A stretch of DNA of 64,000 nt. Source: Macrostomum lignano. Its lineage: Eukaryota. How positions within the stretch are numbered: position 1 is the first letter of the stretch; each line of letters begins with the position of its first letter. The stretch covers positions 5,084 to 69,083 of the forward strand of contig NIVC01001090.1 of NCBI GenBank assembly GCA_002269645.1, in the 5' to 3' direction. The position numbers were made by a program, and so were the translations under genes. Under the pieces are notes generated by a model. The model ran no database searches. It was not told the origin of the DNA and was given only the letters and a program-made list of their open reading frames with translations. Of the stretch, positions 13,681 to 24,375 are shown one piece after another.

Positions 13681-15276
13681 TGCCCCGGTCATTAGTATCC
13701 AATTGCTCCTGATTTCATAAATGAATCAAACCTGTCAACATTTATAGCTACCTGATACCACGCACAATTTACCAAATTTATTAACCAATCATATTTGTCC
13801 ATAGTTAGAGCTATGCTTGTGCTTCTTGCTGAACCCTGACTGCCCCTGTCCGATCGTCTCACAGTGTCTCTAATAGCTTATATTTCGAATTTTTTTAACT
13901 TACGACAAACAGACTCAGTTGGACCTCAGTAGTAGCCCCACAATAAAATCTGTTTCTAGCTATGTGGTATAAATTATGCATACACCCTTTATCATATCGG
14001 TAGGCATGGTCGCGCTCGGATCGCTGGCTGCACTTTTCTAGAGGCCGTCTGCTCCTCTCGTGCATCTAAATTATGCATGCATCGCGACTGAAATCTAGCC
14101 GGATATGATCTTCAATTCATGCAACTTTCAATAATTCATGCTCGTAATATTTTACTCATAATAAATTCGGCGAAAATACTCGCCATGGTCTGTCCGGGGC
14201 CCTAGCCGACGAGTTTTCGAGTTTCGAAACTTTCTTGCGCTGCCCCATCTAGCCGGAGGTTTTGATTGGTCAGAGCATTGGCCGGATGTGCCAAGCCAGT
14301 TTACCACGAATCAGATACAAGTGCTGTTGCTTAGCCTGTTGCTTGGTCGAGTTTTGAAAATTCATTCGAAATGAGCTTTCGAAATGAGACTGGAGAGAGG
14401 CTGGGGAGCCTGATGATGAGGTGGATGGGGCAGAAGAGGAGGAATAGAGAGAGGGAGGGGGAGATGACGGGGCTGCAGAGCTGTAAATAATAGATGAGGC
14501 TATTTGCATTTCTGTCGTGCACTGCTGCCCCCCCCCCCCTGGTGGTCCTCCTGCGCGCTCCCGGGAAATTGTGACTCAGGAAATGCCGAGAAAGGGAAGC
14601 GCAGGAGCAAGGCAGCACCAGCTTCTCTGCCTGCCTCCGCCGCCTTGCATTTAAAAAAACTTTTTTCTCTCTGGCCTCAAACCGCTTGCATCTAAGAGCG
14701 TTTTTGCTATAAATTTTTGACTAGATCCCGAGCCCAAACACGGCGGCCATAACTTCCCCACCCCCTTTTCCAGGAAAGCCTGGAGTCAGCCATGCCCGCC
14801 CAGCCCTGTCGCATGCAAATTGCCCCCGCTGCTTCAAGTCAATCAGCCGCTTGGGAGGCTCTCCCTGACAGTCAAGAGTTCTGCTGCGCCTCCTTCACCT
14901 GTTGCTTTGTTGCCTGGAGGGGACGCTTGGGAGATTTAATGGGAGGGATTCTGCGTGAGCGTCGTCATCATTATACGTCCTCTCCAATGCCAAGTGTGCA
15001 CAATGCGTATTCCATAATTAACGAGCTCCGTTCTCCTCCCCTCTCAACTCCCGACAGCTTCCCAATAACGAGGCTGTCCCGTCAGCTATAGAGGAGTTAG
15101 CCATGTTGAACCGCGAGTTAAGCAGCAAAACAGGTGCAAAAAGAGGTGTTACAACTGGAAAGATCTTCATCTAATAGCAGCATATCTGATCTTGGCTAGT
15201 CCAATTAATGAGGCTTAGGTTCCGGCGAACGCAAAATTTTTACCAATTCTTAATGCTAATCGCAATGTTTTTGTCG

Positions 15277-15815
15277 TGGAATCTGAGATCTTACAATGAC
15301 CCATGGTTTTCTTGGAATCTGAGATTTTACAATGACCCATGGTTTTCTTGGAATCTGAGATCTTACAATGACCAATGGTTTTCTTGGAATCTGAGATCTT
15401 ACAATGACCCATGGTTTTCTTGGAATCTGAGATTTTACAATGACCCATGGTTTTCTTAGAATCAGAGATCTTACAATGACCAATGGTTTTCTTGGAATCT
15501 GAGATCTTACAATGACCAATGGTTTTCTTAGAATCGGAGATCTTACAATGACCCATGGTTTCTTGGAATTGGACACGTACCCATGGTTTTCTTGGAATCT
15601 GAGATTTTACAATGACCCATGGTTTTCTTGGAATCGGAGATTTTACAATGACCCATGGTTTTCTTAGAATCGGAGATCTTACAATGACCAATGGTTTTCT
15701 TGGAATCTGAGATCTTACAATGACCAATGGTTTTCTTAGAATCGGAGATCTTACAATGACCCATGGTTTCTTGGAATTGGACACGTACCCATGGTTTTCT
15801 TGGAATCGGAGACCT
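15277..15815. repeat. 36-bp minisatellite
   Basis: Unit TTGGAATCTGAGATCTTACAATGACCCATGGTTTTC; a variant unit (GGACACGTACCC) recurs near 15570 and 15780. Confidence 0.92.
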
Positions 15816-17416
15816 TAGAATGGCTCCTGAATTTAATATTGGAGATCATACATGTACTATAACATACATGTACGAGGGCTATCCCAAAAGTAAGTTTCGC
15901 TATTCTATAAAATTTATGAATAGCAACTTGAACAGGAGGCACTCGTACATGGTTTTATTAGAATCCAAAGCCTCCATGGCTTTAATCGAAATCGTAATCT
16001 GCGTGGTGCTCGTGTTTCCTAGAATCGGGACTCACTTTCAAACAGACGTTGCTGAGTTGATTTCTTAGAATATGCGAGCGTATTGATACTTAAAGTATAC
16101 TGGATTATAACTTTATTGATTCAATTGACGGTCACGAATTTCACCAAGGACCAACAGTATAAATATCACTCAAACTCAATATGGTGAAACGAAGGGATAG
16201 GGATCCTACTGTCATATACATGTATCATGCTTTGAAATTCACATTTTAAGGAGTAATAATACGTAATGAAAATTTGGTAGTGGCAAGGATGGATAAATTA
16301 TCTAAATTACAGTATTTAGCTAAAATGTGGTGTGTACTGCATGCTGGCTCGTATACATGTATGCAACACAGAATCAGCTTTAGGTGGTGGGACATGCCTA
16401 GCTGTAGCTGGGATATATACGTGCGTGGTCCTTTGCGTCCTTTATTTGATTGAAATTAAAAACAGCCTGCTTGCATGACAGACAGCATGATATTGACATA
16501 CTCGTATGGACTAAAGTATAAATGGAAATGGCACAGTTTTGCATGATGGCCAAGCATGCTTCCCCACGTTCGACAGGAAGTTAAAATTATCATTTATCAA
16601 CCTATCTGCTCCAATTTGGTAAAATTGTCTCGCTTAGCCGAGTAACTTTTGATCAATCAACGTAATTAATCACACGTGAGCTAGTTGTTTAAATGATTTA
16701 TAAGGGAAGGCTTTCGCATACATGTACATATATGCATTTACATACACGAGTCTATTTAGACCGGAATGTGCTAAAGTCCAATCGTTGCCTAAATTCAATT
16801 TATATAAAAATTATCAAGTTATGCAGTTCAAATAGTCTTTATCAAGATTCAATCACGATGGTAGAAACATTTGGTTCAAGTATTGAAGGACGATAGCTGC
16901 TAAGAAGCTCGTTGCGTAAAGAAAAATTGGGGGAGAGAGTACTAGATTTTAGCTCGTAGTTCAAGGACGTAGTTCAGGCTCGTAGTTGTATACAAGTAAG
17001 CTTTAAAACAGCTTTTCTTTGTTTTTTTTTTGCTTGAAGAAGTATTTATCTAATGATAAAGATACTTTTCAATTCCAAAATTTTAAAACACAAAGTCGCT
17101 TTTTATTTTATATTTTACGGATTTTTTTTCAATCCTTGAACTAACAAACAAGCAATGATCTCTGTTTATAATATCGTAATAATACTTTTAAAACTTGTAA
17201 AAATTGTAAAATAAACTTTAAAAAAACTGTTTTTGTCTACTAAGATCTTACTATAAAAGAGATAACTACGAGCTTAATTTAGAGTCGCGAACAATTCAAC
17301 ATGTTATCAGTCGCCCCTTTTCGCTAAGCTAGTCCCAATTTAGTCTTACCACCTTGTTACAAAACTTAAAATAGTGAAATGAAGCAGTAAAGCACTGAAC
17401 CGCAAGTAACACAGTC

Positions 17417-20400
17417 ATGGATTATGAGAGCCATCCTAATAGACCGCCATCCGAGCAGGTAAATTTGTAATTTAAAAAGGTTACCAGCCTGCGCTTCTTA
17501 ATTATTTTTTGCATCTTTCACGGTGTAGTGCACTGTAGTGTAGACTGTAGTCTGTAGTTAACTATTTAGTATGCTTGAATTCTCATTGTTTTTACAAACA
17601 TTAGTTGGAATATACGTGCGAGTATACGTATATGTACATGTACTACAGAAGATAAATCATTATGCAGATTTTTGTATGCTTGACTGTAGGTCGTAAACTC
17701 GTAATTAAAATTTTTTGTATTTCTTGCACTTTTTTCAGTACACAAAACTATTTTAGTAGAAATTTTTATATGGGTACCCTGTTTATGGCCTCGGTTGGAG
17801 AACATAAGCTTTTAAAATCTGTTTTATTTTATTATTGTAAAAGTTACTTTTATTTTTATTTTATAATTAATAATAAATGGATGAATTAGTATTCCCACTT
17901 TTGACTTTAATTTATTAAACATTTAATGCAAGTTTTAACTTTTCTGGTGATATAGTTGTTTGAGAGATTGTATTACCTTCATATTTAAATTATTTATAGT
18001 TGGAAAACAGCAATTGATCAAGGTGACACTTTCACTGATAATATAATTTCAAGGATATTTTAGAAAACAAAAAACAAAAATTGCTTTTTTACTTCTAATT
18101 GGCTAATTCAAATGATTTGCTAAAATCCCAACCTAACCAGATGGTCGACTTGCATGTCTACGTTGTCCCGCCAGCACTGTGGCAGGAGCGGCTGCACAGC
18201 GCGTTCAACCAGATCATCGGCGAGACCGTGTCTGCCGGATTCATTCGGTAAGGCTGACTGATGGGGCAAAACAGCTCTAAGCACCTCGTTCGATTCCGCC
18301 ACATTCATTTGGGGTTTGTGCTTGAAAATTGGCCGGGGGTTGTCGTGCGATTCACAGCCATGAGGGCCAATCCTCGAAGCACAGAGAGTGTACATTCTTG
18401 ATGATTAGAAAGTCAGGGGCCGCTGTACACCCTGTGTGAGCGAGTGTATGAGTGCGTGCCTGCGTACAGTATTGGCGCGCTTGCACTTGTACGTGCTCAG
18501 GAGCCAGCGGAATGGTCAGACTAAGAATTGCCTCAGTGCTTGTTGTGAATGACGTCACACATCGCGTTGCGCCAGGTTGGCCGCAGCCCTCCTGCGAATA
18601 TGGATGGTTTGACAATTTTTATGCGGTTGATTGACTGGCTTCCTTCATCCAGTGAACTGAAGCCGGAATTTCTATTGGAGGCGAAGCTAATGGGGTCGGG
18701 ATGGTGCAACTGCGCTAGAACGGAGGCAACTACTGTTGGAAATGTCCGTATGAACCAATAGTGATCTGAGTAGACTCACCACTTGAAGGTCGGGGGTTCG
18801 ATTCTCGACCACCCAGTAACAATTTGTGTCTTTGAGCAAGACACTTAACTCTCTGCATTGCTTCAGTTCACCCAGTTGTAAAATGGGTGCCAGCATTAGC
18901 TGGGGTAATTGTCATTGACGGTGTGTGTGGCGATCCCCCCACCCCCAGTCCTTGGACTGAACAGCCGTACGCAGCATTCAGATGCGCCGCGCAATAGCTG
19001 CGGCTAAGCTGTCGGTTGCACATCTGGCCCAAATTAGGCAGGTGTGATAAAAAAGGATTAGCCAGTACTCTGGGCACACAATGATTTCAGCGTCTTCCCC
19101 GAGTCCCTGCTGCAGCAGGTCCGCAGCGACATCGAGCGCCAGCTTGGCTACGAGATTGTTCCCAGAAACTTTGTCTTCTGCAAAAGCGTCGGTCGCTGCT
19201 TGACTCAAGTTAGTGCTTGTTGTGTTGGTTTTTTATAACTTCAGCAAAACATAATCGAGCAATTTAAGCTATTGGCGTTGTCGTACCGGAAATTTCAGGT
19301 TCGCAGCCGACAGGAAAAGGAGCTAAAAGTGAAGCACTTTCTGCCGCCTCACGTAAGCCGTCTGCCAGATCTGTGTAGCTAGAGAGTAGTTTGGCATAAC
19401 TCTAGTAATTGTATCAAGCAGAGTTTTCTGAAGACTTATTGAGCAGTGTAGCTATTAACATGTTCTGACCTCTTGCACCATTAAATCTGGGTAGAAGGCT
19501 ATGGGTTGTAGCCTAGTGGAGGGGTTGTAGCCTAGTGGAGGGGTTGTAGCCTAGTGGAGGGGTTGTAGCCTAGTGGAGGGGTTGTAGCCTAGTGGAGGGG
19601 TTGTAGCCTAGTGGAGGGGTTGTAGCCTAGTGGAGGGGTTGTAGCCTAGTGGAGGGGTTGTAGCCTAGTGGAGGGGTTGTAGCCTAGTGGAGGGGTTGTA
19701 GCCTAGTGGTTAGAGCGTCGGACTCACGACTTGATGGTCGGGGGTTCGATTCCCGATCCCACTAGAACAATTTTTGTCATTAAGCAAGACACTTAACTCT
19801 GCATTGCTTCAGTTCACCCAGCTGTAAAATGGGTGCAAGAATAAGCTGGGGTAATTGAGGATGTGTGTGGCGACCCCCCAGTCCTTGGACTGAACAGCCG
19901 TACGCAGCCTTCAGATGCGCCGCGCAATAGCTGCGGCTGAGCTGTCGGTTGCACATCTGGCCATTAGGGCAGGTGTAATCAATTATTATTATTAATATTA
20001 TTACTAGCGTAAAACACTATTTTCCCGAATCGGAGTAGACTGCAAATACGAAAATTGAATCGTGCACAACAGGCCTACTGCCCCGAGATATTCGTGCTGG
20101 ACTATGACATCGCTCGCCGATCTCAATCGAGCTCCGATGGCTCCATTGCTTCGAATCGCAGCTACCCGAATCACCGAGCCCTGCAGCAGCCGCAACGGTC
20201 GTCGAGGCAGCAGCAGCAGCAGCCACCTTTGCAGCAGCAAAACTTCGATTCGCCTCGTCAAAGTGAGTCATCCTAGAGAAACTGGTTCTCCGGTTTGCCT
20301 AAAAAACTGTATTTAGCTCGCTTTGCTGCTCAGTTGTCAAGGCTGATCAGGCATGGGGTGCGGCACTCTTTATGGCCAAGTTAATGTTAGCAATCTTCAG

Positions 20401-21043
20401 TCAGAACAGTGTGGCACTCTTCTAAGTGGTCGACCTCACAATTAGCCGTCCTGACGATGAACGTTAGACTGCAATGCCTTTTTGGTCTCTCTAATTTTCA
20501 GCACAAAGAATGAGGCATCACCAACGACTGAGCGAGACGAGTGAGGCAGAAATGCGCCATTTTAAATTTTTTTAAGAAATAATTTTTAGCCGAGCTTATC
20601 GATTTTATGCTATGATGGCTTACTAATAATTTCCGTTTTCAATCACGCACAGTAGTAACGAATACCACATACAAGCTACCTTACTTTTGATTTTTAAAAA
20701 ATCGATACTAAATTACAGGAGAAACTGTAGCAGTCTCTATGGAGACTAAATTTGCATAAATTGCTTATGCATTTTACCGCCGTTTTTTCATTTTTGGTTG
20801 TTCCGAATTTTTAACACAAAACTGGTTTTAGATTTAGCTCCTGACCATTTTTTAGATCCCGAATTAATGAAACAGCCTCAGTGATTCTGTATTTCGGCTC
20901 CGTTTTATCCCGCTCTTTGTTTCTAGCCGTATATCACGGCAGGACGCCAAAGGTGGCGCACAAGGGCATCACTGGAGTGTACATCGGCCCCTACCCGATG
21001 CAGAGCTACCCGGGCCTCGGCTCGCGGCCCGGCACTGCCGACA
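17417..21043 (+). CDS. SPATA1: SPATA1-like protein, 5' exons 17417-17458, 18141-18247, 19091-19208, 19299-19352, 20073-20262, 20927-21043; 3' end not found
   Basis: The spliced translation MDYESHPNRPPSEQ-MVDLHVYVVPPALW...SAGFIRVFPESLL...FVFCKSVGRCLTQVRSRQEKELKVKHFLPPHAYCPEIFVL closely follows the SPATA1 N-terminal domain as I recall it. All five introns are GT-AG with compatible phases. Confidence 0.82.
18760..19050 (+). mobile_element. tRNA-derived CORE-like SINE, 5'-degenerate copy
   Basis: B-box GGTTCGATTC, then a central segment GAGCAAGACACTTAAC...CTTCAGTTCACCCAG.TGTAAAATGGG resembling the CORE domain; near-identical to 19692-20005. Confidence 0.75.
19503..19709 (+). repeat. 19-bp tandem array (GGGGTTGTAGCCTAGTGGA) x11 made from the SINE 5' end
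   Basis: The last unit runs directly into TTAGAGCG of the SINE tRNA head. Confidence 0.93.
19692..20005 (+). mobile_element. tRNA-derived CORE-like SINE, full-length copy
   Basis: A-box TAGCCTAGTGG, B-box GGTTCGATTCC, CORE-like middle and an (ATT)n tail. Confidence 0.8.
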
Positions 21044-21409
21044 GTAAGCCAGAGATTATTTGCGGCCGATGGCAATGTACACTATTGGGCAGAGGGGAGA
21101 CTTGGGTGTGCACATTGGAGTAGAGGGGTAAAGCGAAAGCTAAAATGCGCCCGAGGGAGAGGGATCGATAAAAACACACAGTTAGGGGGCAGAGGGGGAG
21201 AGACTCGGGCGTGCACGTTGGGTAGAGGGGTAGCGAAAGTTAAAATACACACTGAAGTTGGAGACGGATCGATAACAACACACAATGTACATTATTTAGG
21301 GCGGAAGGGAAAGAAAGGCAGATGGATGGAGACGGCAAAATTGAAAGTTGCACATCAACCAAGTGAGGTGGATTACATTGTACTTTAGGGACAGAGGGGA
21401 GAGATCTGG

Positions 21410-21966
21410 GGCCCATGCTATAGATTTAAGAGCAAAGAGTAAGGAGTTAGGAGTCAGGAGTGCTCCTAGCAAGGAGCGAATCGATTTGTGTGCTATAGAG
21501 TTCAAGAATCAAGAGTTAGGAGCTAGGAGTTGTTTTAAGGAGTGCAGCATAGGAGTGAGAGAGGAGTTCTAAGGAGTGTAAGGCGATTGGCTAAGGAGTC
21601 TGCCAATCTACGTGCTATATTAAACTCCTAAATGTACGCACCTTAAGGAGTAATTATAGGAGCAATTCGTGAATTCAAACAATGCAAGCAAACCAAAAGT
21701 TGCGTTTGTTAAAGCGATTGCGGCTCGAAAGGACGTGCACCTTTTCGGTGCCTTTTCGCCAACAATAACAAAAGCACTCAAGATTGAAATGTGGAGAGAG
21801 GTCATCCTTGAATGTCGCAAGAGTTGATTCTCATTGAGCCGAAAATCCTGACACAGTATTATATTCTTCAAAAAAGTTAATGCTCTGCTTAAATTGTCTG
21901 GGTCGTCGATCATTAGCTCCCTCATCGTCCGAGCCTAGCTCACTGTCCGAAAACATGAAAAAAGAA
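21410..21966. mobile_element. Possible internally deleted PIF/Harbinger-like transposon remnant
   Basis: A + strand Myb/SANT-like fragment (LFGAFSPTITKALKIEMWREVI, about 21680-21830) converges on a - strand fragment resembling a Harbinger transposase N-terminus (RRPRQFKQSINFFEEYN). AGGAG-rich subterminal repeats are present; the gap cuts the element. Confidence 0.4.
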
Positions 21967-22101
21967 NNNNNNNNNNNNNNNNNNNNNNNNNNNNNNNNNN
22001 NNNNNNNNNNNNNNNNNNNNNNNNNNNNNNNNNNNNNNNNNNNNNNNNNNNNNNNNNNNNNNNNNNNNNNNNNNNNNNNNNNNNNNNNNNNNNNNNNNNN
22101 N
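21967..22101. other. Assembly gap (135 N)
   Basis: Run of N. Confidence 1.
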
Positions 22102-22385
22102 TCCCACTCTTTCAATTAGCCACTTCATTCCCACTTTTCCATTAGCCTCTTTATTCTCACTCTTTCTATTAGCCTCTCCATTCCCACTTTTTCTATAGTC
22201 TCTTTATTCCCACTCTTTCTATTAGCCTCTCCATTCCCACTCTTTCAATTAGCCTCTCTATTCCCACTCTTCATATTTAGCCTCTTTATTCCCACTCTTC
22301 ATATTTAGCCACTCTATTTCAGTCTTCATATTTAGCCACTCCATCCCCCTCTTCATATTTAGCCATTTTTTCACTCTTTAAATTC
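22102..22385. repeat. Degenerate 27-29-bp tandem repeat
   Basis: Repeated ATTCCCACTCTTTC(T/A)ATTAGCCTCT units next to the gap. Confidence 0.8.
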
Positions 22386-23140
22386 ATATTCCCACGTCTA
22401 AAGAAACCCAGGCGTCTTCTTTCTCTATCGTCTCTCTCTTTTCTCCTTAAGAAACGATTGTATCACTGAGCTTGCGTTGCTTTTGCGCAGTGCGCAATTC
22501 CGAAGGCTGAAGAAGTTTGGTTTGTTATTAGCCAAACAGTCAGGCAGTATGAGAGGGACTGCGTAGCAGAGGTGCTCAAAGAATTTCTGTGTCTAACAGG
22601 TTTTATTTTCCTGCTATCTTCTGCTCACAAGCCAGAAAGACTTTCTAACTCACTGGCATCAAAGGGCCCTATTATGAGTGTGAGGCTCACATCTCCAACT
22701 CCTCTCTGTACCGCAAATTATTCAAGACAGTGTATTTTATAGTCAAGCAAGCAAACTGGTTTAGTTGACAAAATGCAGAGCAATGCATAGTTTGAGCGGG
22801 GCAGGGTTATCGCTCGAGCAGTTTTTCTGTGTGCTGTTGTTAGGCAACCATATCACCCCAAAGCATTGCTGCGAGTCTACTGTGTCACGCGTTCGCAGGC
22901 TGCTGGCTTGGCCCTCAAACCTCGGCTTTTGTTATTTGTCTTTTAGTTTAGAGCTGGTCTGGCTGGATAGCCCGGTCGAGATGAGAGGAGGCCGTTGTTT
23001 GCTTCGATGTAAGCACAATTCCAGTGCTTACACTCTGCCTTTCACGCATAAAAACTCGTGATACAGACGGCCTCCTATGCATTCCGAGAAATCCTTGTGA
23101 GCTTTTTGCAATCTCAAAACTTTCTGCTCGCGCAAAAACG

Positions 23141-24262
23141 ATGAGAACAAAGAATAACTTAATATCGCTAGCTGGCGCAGCAGCTGTCTTACTGACTGTA
23201 GCATACCTCGTTCGGCGCAGAAATTTCGCTGATTCTGACACACTGCCAGTTCTGAGCGATGTGCAGTTGATCAAAAACTGTCCCGCCTACAACGAGCTCC
23301 GCAGCGTCGACTTCACGAACCCCAGCCTGCGGCACCGGCTGTGTCAGGAGACGCCGGCCTATCATTTAGTCAGGGGCAAGTTTCTCCTGTGCGAGCTGAA
23401 CAGGAACTTACCGCAGCAGATGTACACCATTGTCAGACAAGGGTCTCCTGTGGCCAATGTGACCCGAGCGATGGGCGGCGGCCGAATGCCGATATTTACC
23501 TTCGGCGCGGAGGACTTCATTTCTGGGGAGATGCTAAAAAAGAACGCCTGGGAAACTGGCGAAATTCGGACGATGCTCAACCTGTTAAAGCAGTTTCCGA
23601 CAGACTCGGTAACGTTCCTTGACGTCGGCAGCAACGTCGGCATCTACAGCCTGCAGGCCAGAGAGCTCGGGTATCCCGTAGTGGCCATCGATGCAAACAT
23701 TCGTGCATTGGCCAGGTTGCAAATGTCAGCGAAGAGGCTGGATTTGCTTGATGACAAACTGAAGCTCTTCTGGGGCTTCATCAGCGACGACGTGGCGGTC
23801 AAGCGAATCACTTGGAACGCTGACGATTTTGGTTGCCACGCCGGAAGCGGCTCGGGTGCAGCGGCTGGCTGGAGACAGAAGGTTACGACAGCAATTGAGG
23901 ACACTATTCCCGTGATGACGGTCAGGGCGGACGAGCTTCGAGAACACATCAGCACCAAGAATGTGATCATCAAGATGGATATCGAGTCCGGTGAGCACCT
24001 GTTCATGAAGACTGGCGAAAAGCTGTTTAGAGAGCTCAACATCATGGCGCTGCAGATGGAGTTCTGGCGGAAGCTCACGGAGCCGCCGCAAGCGTCGAAA
24101 TATTACAACTTTGTGACTCACTTCATGACTTCCAGGAACTTCTCTCTGCTGTCCATGAGGACCTTCCAAGTGCAGAAAATCACCACATTTGGTGAATGGG
24201 ACGGAATATGGATTAGAAACGACTTTTTGCCACGAGTTAAGAAAGAGATTCAGATGATTTAG
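23141..24262 (+). CDS. FkbM-family SAM-dependent methyltransferase with an N-terminal membrane anchor (373 aa, no intron in the CDS)
   Basis: Motif I FLDVGSNVGIYSL and a IIKMDIESGE motif; hydrophobic LISLAGAAAVLLTVAYLV after the ATG at 23141. Confidence 0.85.
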   Translation: MRTKNNLISLAGAAAVLLTVAYLVRRRNFADSDTLPVLSDVQLIKNCPAYNELRSVDFTNPSLRHRLCQETPAYHLVRGKFLLCELNRNLPQQMYTIVRQGSPVANVTRAMGGGRMPIFTFGAEDFISGEMLKKNAWETGEIRTMLNLLKQFPTDSVTFLDVGSNVGIYSLQARELGYPVVAIDANIRALARLQMSAKRLDLLDDKLKLFWGFISDDVAVKRITWNADDFGCHAGSGSGAAAGWRQKVTTAIEDTIPVMTVRADELREHISTKNVIIKMDIESGEHLFMKTGEKLFRELNIMALQMEFWRKLTEPPQASKYYNFVTHFMTSRNFSLLSMRTFQVQKITTFGEWDGIWIRNDFLPRVKKEIQMI

Positions 24263-24375
24263 AGATTTAGAGATTTAGAGGTTAGAGATTTAGAGATTTA
24301 GAGATTAGAAGATTAGAAGATAGAAGAAAGAAGATTAGAAGATTAGAGGATTTAGAGATTTAGATGATTTAGATA
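24256..24375. repeat. Short GATTTAGA/GATTAGAA tandem repeat
   Basis: 8-9-bp units directly after the methyltransferase stop codon. Confidence 0.85.

Noticed and set aside
19692-19765. Functional tRNA gene
   Set aside because: The anticodon and acceptor stems pair poorly and the head runs into a CORE-like SINE body present twice in the window.
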